A DNA stretch of 64,000 bases, from contig CM082597.2 of assembly GCA_040954595.2 (NCBI GenBank), positions 9,641,778-9,705,777 of the forward strand, read 5' to 3'. A program made the position numbers and the translations under genes. The DNA is from Balanoglossus misakiensis (Eukaryota; Animalia; Hemichordata). The first letter of the stretch is position 1. Each line of letters starts with the position of its first letter. Positions 13,933 to 26,127 of the stretch are shown here, one piece after another. Below the pieces are notes generated by a model. It was not told where the DNA came from and searched no databases. It worked only from the letters and a program-made list of their open reading frames with translations.

Positions 13933-15424
13933 TACTTCACCCACGGCCAAGTATCAACCAGTAGGGACCAAGTCATATACAATGAATTGTCGCTCAGCCT
14001 TGAAATTTCCTGTACTTATTACATTGTTGTCTGGCTGCCAAGGCCCACCAACAAGCATACTACATAATAACTTGATGGGATGTTGTCGCATTCTGGAGCT
14101 AACCCCCTTGTCCGTGTTTGACAGGAGGCCATTTTAGTTTCTGTGTGAAAGTTAAAGCCGCTTGAGCTGCCAAATTTCACGTTTTTCCACAAAAGAATAC
14201 TTCCAATTTATTCCCTATCCTTTAAAATCCTCACCATTACTTATTGCTTATATTTGCATCAGTTTGTAATCTCTTGGTGACGCATACTACGATAGCTGCG
14301 TACTGTTTGTATGAAGGCTGATTAAATTGGTGCGGCACCCGTTTAATATATAACATGTTCAAATTGCCACATAAACAGTCACAATCGGGCGTCGATGAGA
14401 TGTTCATGTACACCTCTCAGTAAGACTATTTCGATGTACCAATCTAAGTTGAAAAATAAAATCATGAAAATAATGCAAAAATTGGCAGCTATGGAGGCTG
14501 TAAATGTCTTTTAGTTGCTATTATGAATCAATACACAGGTACGGTAAGTGTAATGTCCTCGTTCTGTTTATAGGAAAGAAGAGGATTATACATGGATGAA
14601 TTCAAAAGCCGGTGCAATCAGATGTCCAGACGTTTCCTCGGAATGATGGCGGTCTTTTTACTGACTTTAATAAAGCTTAATAAATTTGTCTGAGTTCATC
14701 GTCATTTCAAGAACAGAACTTCACCTTGGGTTGCAATTGAATGTTGTTCAATCCCTACCTCGGTTATAATTATCAATACATTGTATTCCGAATTGTTTGT
14801 AATTGTGTCACACAGAGAGGGAGCAGGTTGCAATGTGTACATTTCAGTATGCCAAAAAGTTTGCCATTGAAATAAAACATTTCCCATTACATTGCTTATT
14901 ACAGTCCTAAATTATCGCTCTGATTTATTCAGCATAACCTGAAGGTTGTTGGGTCCTATAAGCACAACAAGCATTGCGCGTAACAAGCACTGTACACTAG
15001 CACTATACATGTAATTGCACTGGATACAGCAGCCTTCAGGTGTTTACCATTGAACCTTACAACACGTAATTATTGCACCCACTTGCACAGAAAAGGTAAA
15101 ATGGTAAACAAATAGAAAAAGGAATGACACCGTTATTCCTGTATTGGTTCAAAACTTGTGCGAAACAGTTGTTTAGAAAGCAACATGACAATGAAGAGTA
15201 AACCACTTTGCATATTGTTTGACTTGCTCTCTCTATAAACTTGATTTTTTTTCCATTATTGTATTATAGGCATGATTTTCTACTATTGTACATTTTGAAG
15301 GTATGTTTTAGTAATTTAGAACAACTAGAGGTTTAATGGCCATGTTTTCATGATTAATATTGGGGTATAAACAAAATAGAAATTTAAGGCTATACAGAAT
15401 AGTCTTGGGACCTTAGTGGATTAG

Positions 15425-16640
15425 ACCCTGGCCTGGTCTGTCCCGTCCCCTGGTCCTAAATTTACCCTGTACCCTGGCCTGTCCTGTCCCCTGTCCAGTG
15501 TACCCCTGACCTTTACCCTGTACCCTGGCCTGTCATGTCCCCTGTCCAGTGTACCCCTGGCCTGTACCTGACCTTTACCCTGTTCCCTGACCTGTCCTGT
15601 CCAGTGTACCCCTGGTCCTAAACTTACCCTGTACCCTGGCCTGTCATGTCCCCTGTCCAGTGTACCCCTGACCTTTACCCTGTACCCTGGCCTGTCATGT
15701 CCCCTGTCCAGTGTACCCCTGGCCTGTACCTGACCTTTACCCTGTTCCCTGACCTGTCCTGTCCAGTGTACCCCTGGTCCTAAACTTACCCTGTACCCTG
15801 GCCTGTCATGTCCCCTGTCCAGTGTACCCCTGGCTTGTACCTGACCTTTACCCTGTTCCCTGGCCTGTCCTGTCCCCTGTCCAGTGTACCCCTGGCCTGT
15901 ACCTGACCTGAACCCTGTTCCCTGGCCTGGCCTGTCCGGTCCCCTTGTCCTAAATTTATTATGTACCCTGGCCTGTCATGTCCCCTGTCCAGTGTACCCC
16001 TGGCCTGTACCTGACCTTTACCCTGTACCCTGGCCTGTCATGTCCCCTGTCCAGTGTACCCCTGGCCTGTACCTGACCTTTACCCTGTTCCCTGACCTGT
16101 CCTGTCCAGTGTACCCCTGGTCCTAAACTTACCCTGTACCCTGGCCTGTCATGTCCCCTGTCCAGTGTACCCCTGGCTTGTACCTGACCTTTACCCTGTT
16201 CCCTGGCCTTTACCCTGTTCCCTGGCCTGTCCTGTCCCCTGTCCAGTGTACCCCTGGCCTGTACCTGACCTGAACCCTGTTCCCTGGCCTGGCCTGTCCG
16301 GTCCCCTTGTCCTAAATTTATTATGTACCCTGGCCTGTCATGTCCCCTGTCCAGTGTACCCCTGGCCTGTACCTGACATTTACCCTGTTCCCTGGTCTGT
16401 CCTGTCCCCTGTCCTGTACCTGACCTTTACCCTGTACCCTGGCCTGCCATGTCCCCTGTCCAGTGTACCCCTGGCCTGTACCCTGTACCTAGCTGGCCTG
16501 CCATGTATCTTGTTCTCATCCTGTACCCTGTCCTGTGCCCTGACCTTTACCCTGTACCCTGTGCCCATCCTGTTCTGTCCCCCCCCCCTCAGGTCCTGTT
16601 CTTGGCCTGTACCTTGGCCTGTCTTCTGCTGTACCCTGCT
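15425..16640. repeat. Complex pyrimidine-rich minisatellite (CCTGT/CCCTG/TACC/GACCTTTA subunits with higher-order blocks)
   Basis: Recurrent ccctgtaccctggcctgtcatgtcccctgtccagtgtacccctgg modules. Confidence 0.95.
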
Positions 16641-16956
16641 GTTGTATTTATTAATTCTTTTTTTTTTAATTTTCATAATTGCTTGGTGTCTGGAAGTGTA
16701 CTCTTATGGTGGTTTTTGGCATCTGTGATTGCCGTGTCCCCTGGCCTTTACCCTTTACCCTTTTCCCTGCCAGGTCCTGTCCCTGGCCTGTACCAGTTGT
16801 TTGTTCTCTTCCGTGCCATACCAATTTTCATAATTGCTTGGTGTCTGGAAGTACTCTCTTGGTGTTTTTTGGCAAATGTGATTGCCATGGTTATATTTTT
16901 GAATTCATATTTGAATTTTCGTGGTTCTTGGCATGCATGTCTGGGTTATATTTGGT

Positions 16957-17190
16957 TATCTGCTGAAGCTGGTTCCACCACACTTGCAGAAGAAGTCGGA
17001 AGATTGCAGTCCCTCTTCAAGCAAATGATGTCTTTACGCGTGTGTCTGCTGCTTTCTAGAATGTTCTTTCTGATTTTCATGGTTCTTCGCGTGTCTATCT
17101 GATGAAGCTGGTTCACCTCACTTGCAGAAGAAGTCCGAAGATTGCAGTCCCACTTCAAGCAAATGATGTCTTTGCGCGCGCGTCCGTTGA
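16957..17190. repeat. Imperfect tandem duplication, period about 139 bp
   Basis: tatctg(c/a)tgaagctggttc..cacttgcagaagaagtc(g/c)gaagattgcagtccc occurs at 16957 and 17096. Confidence 0.8.
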
Positions 17191-17312
17191 TCTCTACAGT
17201 GTACTTTCCCGTATTATAAATAAAGAATGTGTATATGTGTGTATGTGTGTATGATCATTTTAACATTCATCTATGTGTTCTTTTTCCTTTTTTAGGGTAC
17301 GTCTTTAATGAA

Positions 17313-19600
17313 TTTTTTCCAATGGCTATAACAGATGAGAAGGGTTAAATTGCAATATGTTTTGATACTACCATATGTGCGACATGACTAACTTGATTTG
17401 ATGATGAAAATAATTGCAATAGATCCTTCAAGTCCAGTATAGTTTCCTGGGATCAGTTCATTGGTCACTTTTTCCAGTGGCTATATCAGATGGAATTTCA
17501 ATTTGCTTTTGCTTCACCTGGTCAAGTATTTGTTATTTGTCGAACAGTTTTGATGTGTGTGTTTGGAAGATACCAACATTCATTACAATGTTGATGTCTT
17601 ATTCCCCAATTTGGGGGATATTTAATGAAGTTTTCCCAGTGGCTATATCTGGTGAAGTTTCCTTCAAGTACATCTCTTCAAGACCAGTATAGTTTCCTGG
17701 GATCAGTTCATTAGTGGCTTTATATCAAACTGTTGATTCAACAGTTTGATATACCGGTATATATTTTATTTTTCACGTTTTAATATAAAAATTTATATTT
17801 TACTTTTGCTTGGCATTTTTAGAGGGTGGGTTTTTTTGTATAGATTATTTTACACATTGTTGCATGTATATATGCATCATGTGAATCATTATAGGGTTTT
17901 GAATTTTGGATGAACATATCCTTTAAAATACATAAATAATGTGTTTGGAGAAGCCATGTAGGCATAATGTTTATTTTATTTAGAAAGGGGGTGGAGTGTA
18001 TTTGCTCATAAATTGAATATTATCGAGCCCATGCAACACGGCTTACAGGAAACACATTATTTGTATTTTTTAATAATAAAAACTTTACATTTTAGTATTT
18101 ATTTATTGTTCAATGTTTTTCTATTTTCGATACACTTGCAGATTTCAGTTATTTTGCATTTGAACTTTTATCTTTATGTCCTTTTCCCTCAATGTTACGA
18201 GGGCTTTAATGAAACTTTTTCTAATGACTACATTAGATAAGGTTTCACTTTGTTTTTGCTTGACATTGTCAAGAGTTTATTATTTGTGGAACGCGTTTGA
18301 TGTCAGTGTGTGTTTGGAGATTTCAACATTTATCTCAGTGTTTTCGTCTTTTCTCCCATCTTTGGGATCTTTAAGAAGTTTTCCCAGTGGCTATAACAGA
18401 TGACAAGGTTTCAATTTGCAATATATTTGAGAATACCATATGCATTGCATAACTAACTTGATTTGATGATGAAAATAATTGCAATAGATCCTTCAAGTCC
18501 AGTATAGCTTCCTGGGATCAGTTCATTGGTCACTTTTTCCAGTGGCTATATCAGATGGAATTTCAATTTGCTTTTGCTTCACCTGGTCAAGTATTTGTTA
18601 TTTGTCGAACAGTTTTGATGTGTGTGTTTGGAAGATATCAACATTCATTACAATGTTGATGTCTTATTCCCCAATTTGGGGGATATTTAATGAAGTTTTC
18701 CCAGTGGCTATATCTGGTGAAGTTTCCTTCAAGTACATCTCTTCAAGACCAGTATAGTTTCCTGGGACCAGTTCATTAGTGGCTTTATATCAAACTGTTG
18801 ATTCAACAGTTTGATATACCGGTATATATTTTATTTTTCACGTTTTAATATAAAAATTTATATTTTACTTTTGTTTGTCATTTTTAGAGGGTGGGTTTTT
18901 TTGTATAGATTATTTTACACATTGTTGCATGTATATATGCATCATGTGAATCATTATAGTGTTTTGAATTTTGGATGAACATATCCTTTAAAATACATAA
19001 ATAATGTGTTTGGAGAAGCCATGTAGGCATAATGTTTATTTTATTTAGAAAGGGGGTGGAGTGTATTTGCTCATAAATTGAATATTATCGAGCCCATGCA
19101 ACACGGCTTACAGGAAACACATTATTTGTATTTTTTAATAATAAAAACTTTACATTTCAGTATTTATTTATTGTTCAATGTTTTTCTATTTTCGATACAC
19201 TTGCAGATTTCAGTTATTTTGCATTTGAACTTTTATCTTTATGTCCTTTTCCCTCAATGTTACGAGGGCTTTAATGAAACTTTTTCTAATGGCTACATTA
19301 GATAAGGTTTCACTTTGTTTTTGCTTGACATTGTCAAGAGTTTATTATTTGTGGAACGCGTTTGATGTCAGTGTGTGTTTGGAGATTTCAACATTTATCT
19401 CAGTGTTTTCGTCTTTTCTCCCATCTTTGGGATCTTTAAGAAGTTTTCCCAGTGGCTATAACAGATGAGAAGGTTTCAATTTGCAATATATTTGAGAATA
19501 ACATATGCATTGCATAACTAACCTGATTTCATGATGAAAACAATTGCAATAGATCCTTCAAGTCCAGTATAGTTTCCTGGGATCAGTTCATTGGTCACTT
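17313..19600. repeat. Tandem repeat with 1065-bp unit, about 2.15 near-identical copies
   Basis: The ORF track repeats at an offset of 1065 (17477/18542, 18013/19078, 18176/19241); a few substitutions separate the copies. Confidence 0.95.
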
Positions 19601-20279
19601 CTCACTGCAAGTATATGCAGTGTTTAAAGTTCAGTGATGAAGTATTAATTTTACCCGAAATTATCAATATAAAATTTAGCTTGATATTTTAAACCGTTAA
19701 ATATTTTCTTACTCTATCTACTATATTTTTAGGCCAGATTAGCATGTTTATTTGAAGTTAGCTTTCCAAGAGGCATTAATTGAAAATACAATTCTTTGTT
19801 AACTTGGCAAATCACCTACGCTTTCCCAGAGTTTTTCCCCTTATAATTAAAAGGGTTTTCCTGGGTTTTGGTGCGGGGTGAAGTTTTACTTCATGCAGTT
19901 CTGACTTTATTAATAAAAGGACATGAATAATTAGATATGTTGCAGTCTGTTTCATTGCAATATGTTGCTGTGTCTTTTTCTGTCTATTTTTCTAAGGGAA
20001 ATTGTGGGTCCTTCTATGGGGTAGGTACATGACATTGTCAGCTTGGTCCCCTATAAGATCAGCTGCTCTCGTCACCAGCGTTAACGTCAATGGCTTGGAT
20101 GTGATTAGTAATGGCCTTGCTTGATATAAAATGTCTAAAACCAAGAAATCGTAATCATTGTCGCTGTTTATTAGAAATGGAAGGATGAAAATCTCTCTCT
20201 GTCTCTCTGGCGGATTCTCATGGTGAACGTTAATTCTCTATCGCCTTAGGTCTGATAAATAACTCAGATTATTATCTGC

Positions 20280-20389
20280 CATATTTGATTAAATTCAGAT
20301 GTAGGGAACGGCGACGTGGTTTTTTATGTGTGAGGCGACAACCTAAAAAAACATGTCGCCGTTCCCTACATCTGATTTTAATCAGATTG
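20280..20389. mobile_element. Short palindromic MITE family (CAATCTGATTAAAATCAGATGTAGGGAACGGCGAC arms)
   Basis: Other copies at 45693-45815, and half copies near 20712-20747 and 52034-52060. Confidence 0.75.
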
Positions 20390-20744
20390 CAAACAGCCTT
20401 GAAAGGGGTCCAAGCAGATGAACCAAATGCAGGAAGGTCAAGGGTCACACCAATGTCAAAAACATTTTTCAACAAAATTATGATGCAAGGTTGATGTGAA
20501 AAAAAAAAGAATTGTAGCCCTATTGTTTCGCCCATAATTTGGTATGCACATAAATAATGAGGACTGCATTAGGTATTTCATCCCTTCAAATGCAAGGCGT
20601 GTATCTGCTCAGAGTGTTGAGATATAAGAAAGTTAGCTAAGGGTTATCTTAAGGTAACCCAAAATTTTGTCCAAAATCCGACTTCACCCCAATTTGTATA
20701 GTTCGCCTAGACGTCGCCGTTACCTACATCTGATTTTAATCAGA

Positions 20745-21910
20745 TTGGTAGGATTCTTGCCATTTGGTCTACGGACCAAAGATCTTTAAAGAATTTTGAT
20801 TCCTTTTTTATACAAATGAGGTCCATTTGAAAATTCCAATCCACTTTGGCCGCTTGGTCACATGACTGATTAAAAATTCAAGACTGTTATGCGCAAGATA
20901 TCATAGGCTCGCATCATTGTGCCAAGTTTCAGATTTGTAGATTCAGTCGTTTTCAAGTTCTTGGTTTATTAAACAATACTTGTACATAAGAGGGCGACGG
21001 AAGAAGCAGAGGAGTGTGGGTAACCGAGACTACAACAATACCAATATTGGACAAAGCACTAGAGGGCGCTAAAGCCCCTTAATATTTCCCACTTTGTCTG
21101 CTGCCAAAGTTCAGGTAAGTTGATTATGATGAGTTTGCAATTGAGTCATTCATTTTTCATGGCTGTGGAAACGCAGCTTTACCGTTTGGGAAGGAGATGG
21201 TGATTACCCCCCACGGAGAGTTGCGGCCCAACTCATTTTCTGAACGTGCAATTTCAGCGATCCGATTTGGATCGCGACGTTTGAAGGAACAATACAAGCC
21301 TGAACTCTGGTTATTTCGTCGCAACATAGTCTCATTGCTAAACCTTTCCTGACGAAATCATCGGCAAACGCACCATGCCTATCATGTGTTCTGCGCATCA
21401 CAACATAATTCCATAAACAAACGAGGCTGTGTTTGGAAGCATCCATGGAAATTTTAGAATTATCCGTCGATCTACAGAGTCTAGTTGCAAATTTTCTTGT
21501 GTATACAGAGGACTATAACTGTGGAAACGCAGGTGTACCGTCATATGGGGAAGGAGATGCTTATTACCGTGAGCGTGTTTTTGGAAGTGAGGTGAATTTC
21601 GAATTTGGGACTGAGCTTGTGGTTTCGGGGAGCGTGGGCCTACGCGATCCCTACACATAATGAACCCATAGACTTGGAGCAAGTCTACTGATTACCCTAC
21701 CCCACGGACAGTTGCGGCCCAACTCCTAACGAGCAGTTTCAACGGGCCGACTTGAATCGCGACATTTGACTGGCAACAAAAAAAATATTAAGTGAGTGTA
21801 ATTCAATAAATCGCCTTATACAAGCCTGAACTCTGGTTTATTTCGTCGAAAAATAGCAAGACTCGTTGCTAAACTTGTCCTGACGAAATTATCGGCAAAC
21901 GCACCATTAA
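20745..21910 (-). mobile_element. Degenerate inverted fragments related to the interior of Helentron-type family B, with internal duplications
   Basis: 20745-20960 resembles the reverse complement of 34330-34590; 21750-21850 resembles the reverse complement of 34790-34885. Confidence 0.45.
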
Positions 21911-23183
21911 AATACGCATAGGCCTATGTCATGTCACCATTGAGGGGGTAGAACACGTTGTCGGGTGATGGTGAAGAAGGGACGGGAACACGTGTTGAGT
22001 GTAGATTTAAAACGCCGATTATTTTATTCAGAAGGCCAGCTGTGGACATACAGGGCAAGCCTGCATGCAGTCCCCGTTGGACCAGCGGAGCGACCGCACT
22101 CCTAGAATTGTCGAACTTAACTCACTAAGATACAGAATCATTTTAAAACACATCAAACTGCCCACGTGGGGTCTGTACAAAAGACTATTATTCTTCGCCC
22201 AAGCTGTGAACAAGACAAAGACTTACTTTAACAGTTATAATGATAGCCCAGAGTGAAGACTCTACTTCACAGTTACAATTCCGACAAAGGGGCAAATTAA
22301 ACTTGGAATGCGGCATGTAACTACATTTCCAAGTTGTGAACCTGCATGCCCGCATGGTGTGCGAAGTTTCTCAAGCACTAGAGGTGTGTGACACATATGT
22401 GTTCTGCGCATCACAACAGAATTCCTAAAAAAAACGGTGATATGTTTGGAATAAGGTACTCTCAGTGGAGCATAGTGGCCCCCTTTTAGATGCATTTGGT
22501 CGAGGAGCATTTTATAGAAAGTTGATCGTACATCGAACAGAAATCATACAGTCGTTCTACTATAGACCTACATTTAATATTTGTTCAGTCAGTCAGTCAG
22601 GGTCAATGGTCAGACAGACAGTCAATTTATTTAGGTCTATTTGTTTTGGTGTTTTTTTTTGTTCGTTTCCTTTTTTGTCTTTTGTTCGTATACGTATGTG
22701 TATCACGTGCGTATGCAATCTTAGTTTATTATTGTAAAGTGGCCTATAAAGGTTTCGCGGCATATAATATGAGTGCTTACGCGATATTCATTCAGGCCTG
22801 GCGATCACACATGATATTCGATAAATACTGAAATCTAAGGTAGGAAAGCCCTCGTGGCTCAAATCAAGGAAATAAAGTGATCTTTGGCATTTATGGAGTT
22901 TATTTTCCTTAGCGTAGACTAGCAGGGGACCCGACTTTGTCCGGTAGAGGGCGGCATGCAGGGCAAGCCACGAGCAAATCTCGTCGCCCCCCTCACGGAT
23001 CTCGTCATTCACGAGAGTCACATTTGACCTCATGTACACGCTGGGGTGCGTTCGACGTACGAAGCGTTCGGTAACGTTCGGAAACGTTTTCATGTCGAAC
23101 GATCTTTTGTCATTGTTTTTCGCGAACGTTTTGTAACAATGGAAGGCGTAAGACGGAGGTGACTCGCGGCGAACAACTCATTA

Positions 23184-24282
23184 GGGACTGTCCAGAATTT
23201 ACTTCCAGGGTGGGGCTGGAGGATTTCTTATTTTCCTGGTGATTTTTTTCCATGGCCCCCCCTGTAAATTGTGGAGGAAATCTGTGGCCCCCCCGTAAAT
23301 TTCCTGTTTTTTTTCCATGACCCCCCCCCCCAATATATACATGAATGCTTACCGGTACAGACTACGACACATACAGTCTGATAAGGCTGCATTTACAAAC
23401 ACCTCTGGAAGGGGGGGGGGGAGAATTAAATATTTTTTACCGTTAATTTTCACATGCCCCCGTACACAACCCGAAATATTTTCAATCCCCCCTTCCGAAC
23501 AGCTTAAAATTTTGAAATCCCACCCCCCATTTTCTTTCACACAGCAAAACACATCACCTATCTATCTTGTAAAAAAAGAAAAACAGCGCTCCCATGAAAA
23601 GAATTTGAAACTGATGTTTTTCCTCATCAGTGGATATTAAAACTGAACATTGTTTATATTTGTTAAGTATTTGTATTCTGTGTTGGCAGATATTGTAAAC
23701 CGAGAAGTGAAGGGGGTGGGTTTGGGTGGGGGTGTCCCCCTCCCCTGTAAGAAAATTTTATAAAATACAGAGCTCAAAGCTGCATTTTAATGAACCCAAA
23801 AGCAAATTAACTTTTTATATACATATATGAATGATTGATGAGAAAATTAACGAATTCTAGTCTGGACTTGAATTGAGCTCGTCAACAGTAACAACACTGA
23901 CTGTTCACTGTACATTTATGGTCTGTGCTGGCAGGCCAAATACTGGGCATTTTATTATGCTTCACAGAGTAGAACAAGAAACTGTAGTAGATATACAAAA
24001 TAAACCACCGTAAAAATTACCGGAAATTCAAGCTTATGAAGATTTAATGCACTTGCGGAGTTCATCTGTCATCCAGGTAGCCATGGTGGTTTGTTTCTTA
24101 TACATTGTATAAATCAGTGCTTCTGGGCAAATATTGAGTTTGTGAGAGTATTTTACATGGCCCCCCCTAAAGGATTGTGATTTTTATGTCTGACCCCCCC
24201 CCCTAATTTTTCTTGGGGAAAATGGGTGGCCCCCCTGAAAATCCTCCAGCCCCCCCCCTGGAAGTAAATTCTGGACAGTCCC
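23184..24282. mobile_element. TIR element with TWA flanks (PIF/Harbinger-like) carrying a nested fragment of the 26128-26899 family
   Basis: TIR GGGACTGTCCAGAATTTACTTCCAGGG..GGCTGGAGGATTT at both ends; flanks TTA and TAA; partial copy at about 54142-54342. Confidence 0.8.
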
Positions 24283-24489
24283 TAAAAGTGGTATGCACTT
24301 CCGGAATCATGTCCTTGTATGCGCACCGGGACGTTCTTGCTGACGGCCGCTGTCTCTGAAAAGCCAAAGGTCATTGACAGCGCCCTCTTGTGAGAGGCAA
24401 GCTTATCGTTCGACGAAGTACAAAAGCGCCTTCGCTGAACACTGCGTCTCACGTGACTTGGCAAAAAGACGCGTCACGAAGATAGACAG

Positions 24490-24929
24490 ATAGACGTAGT
24501 CTCGGTTACCCAGAGCCCTCTGCTTCTTCCGTTGGGCACTCCAGAAAGAGGGTCTGGGGAAACCCGGTAGACAAACTGTCAGGCGGAATCGGGCAGCTGC
24601 GATGCATGACGGGAGATTAATATTCCATAATGGCGACGTCCTGCGCGCGAACCTCACGGCCGACATGTATGACATACGATAAAGAAAACATGCTGAGAAG
24701 TGCTAGACCTGCTAAAACTGTATACAAATTGAAAAGAGAGAGAGAAGTTTGGTAAATAGTTTTCTAATATCGTCATATCATAATATCGTATCGAATATTA
24801 ATCTCCCGTCATGCATCGCAGCTGTCCCGATTCCGCCTGACAGTTTGTCTACCGGGTTTCCCTAGACCCTCTTTCTGGAGTGCCCAACGGAAGAAGCAGA
24901 GGGCTCTGGGTAACCGAGACTACGTCTAT
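24490..24929. mobile_element. Foldback element with about 135-bp inverted arms (TAGTCTCGG..CCGAGACTA core, Academ-like termini)
   Basis: Arms 24490-24624 and 24794-24929 are near-perfect reverse complements; end fragment at 20997-21032. Confidence 0.8.
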
Positions 24930-24939
24930 AGCAGATAAA

Positions 24940-25415
24940 CGCCGACCGCCATTTTGAAAAGTGTTAGTTTTTTGACACTTTCCCGGAAGTGGCTAATGCG
25001 CATACCAGCCAATATTTGTGTCAGTAGTTGTATTGATTTTAGCTTCACTTCCATCATAAACTGTTGGTTTTTTAAAAATATGTATATTCGGGAAGAGTAA
25101 AAATGAATGTCAAGAAACGCGACGGATTGAATGTAGCCCGGAAGTTATAGAACGTTCATTTATTAGCCAATCAGATTCCAAAATTCTAAATATGGCGGTT
25201 TGTGTTTACCCGCCTCTTTGGTGTTTGTCACCGAGGCAGGGTACCAGCCAAAAAAGCGCCCGGCGCAAGCATTCACAAAACGCTTTGTGCGTCGAACGCA
25301 CCCCAGGGCCTAGGGGGGGGGGGGGGGTCGACTCACGCCGCAAAGCACAGTGGGTAATTTTCAACCACAGCCGCACATTTCAAACCAGGCAAGCGAACTG
25401 CTAACTTCCGGTGTC
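24940..25415. promoter_or_regulatory. Promoter-like motif cluster (YY1, ETS, CCAAT, NRF1-like)
   Basis: CGCCATTTT near 24947, CCGGAAGTG near 24982, ATGCGCAT, AGCCAAT twice, CCGGAAGT near 25138, AATATGGCGG near 25189, ACTTCCGG near 25404. Confidence 0.4.
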
Positions 25416-26127
25416 TGAGCAACACGTTTGATGTGTGCCTTGTGTTTTGCACAATATTCGACTTCGAGGAGACAGACCTACATGTATAATACTTCCTAAT
25501 TTGGTTCTGTTTCTTTGTTATTTTTGTCAGTACAACCACGATCCATGAGATCGTAAACTGCTTGGATTAGGTCGCGTCGAGGGGCTGCGGCCGGCCACAG
25601 GTCAAGTCGCTGTGTGTTGTAAACGTGGTAAAATGCAACTCGCTCGCTCTACCCACTGTCACTGTGCTATACCGTACTGTCGATCGTTTCCATGTCAGTT
25701 TCACGCTCGCACGTTATAATGCCCCTTCATACCTATCGTAATCCCGGGATCGTAATTTCTTCATGATATGACAGTCCCACCGATCTGACAACACGCTCGC
25801 TTTTATTACTAGTATGTCGTTTTGTCCCGTTCGCTAGCCCTGCTCCCGGCGTTCCTGGACTATCCCGTTCGCCAACTTTACTGAACTGCAAGTTGCAGAA
25901 TCGGTTTGCGTCTGGGCCGAAACGGCAGGGTTTGTGTAAATTAAAGGCCGAACCGAGAAGATTAAGTGCTGTACCGACTTGTTTCCGACTGGTACAGCTA
26001 AGAGCTCAGTGTGGCAGGGCCGGTGGTGTGTCTCACGTCGACGTCTCCACACACTGTACTGCTACTTCTGAGCGGACTCAGGCGACCATGTTACCTATAT
26101 ATAGCCCTGATATATAGCTAGGTCTAA

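Larger units (their letters stand above)
600..14690 (+). pseudogene. Putative spliced non-coding or decayed multi-exon transcription unit (5' boundary approximate)
   Basis: CpG-richer 5' region with donor GTGAGT at 991. Many + strand acceptor/donor pairs, e.g. acceptor at 8253, exons 10895-10971 and 11142-11215, and six repeated exons within 11442-13401. Terminal exon from 14574 with two AATAAA near 14668-14684. No continuous ORF. Confidence 0.4.

Noticed and set aside
15884-17102. ORFs of 80-217 aa rich in Pro/Cys/Trp/Val
   Set aside because: They arise from the stop-poor minisatellite in several frames and both strands; no splice or homology support.
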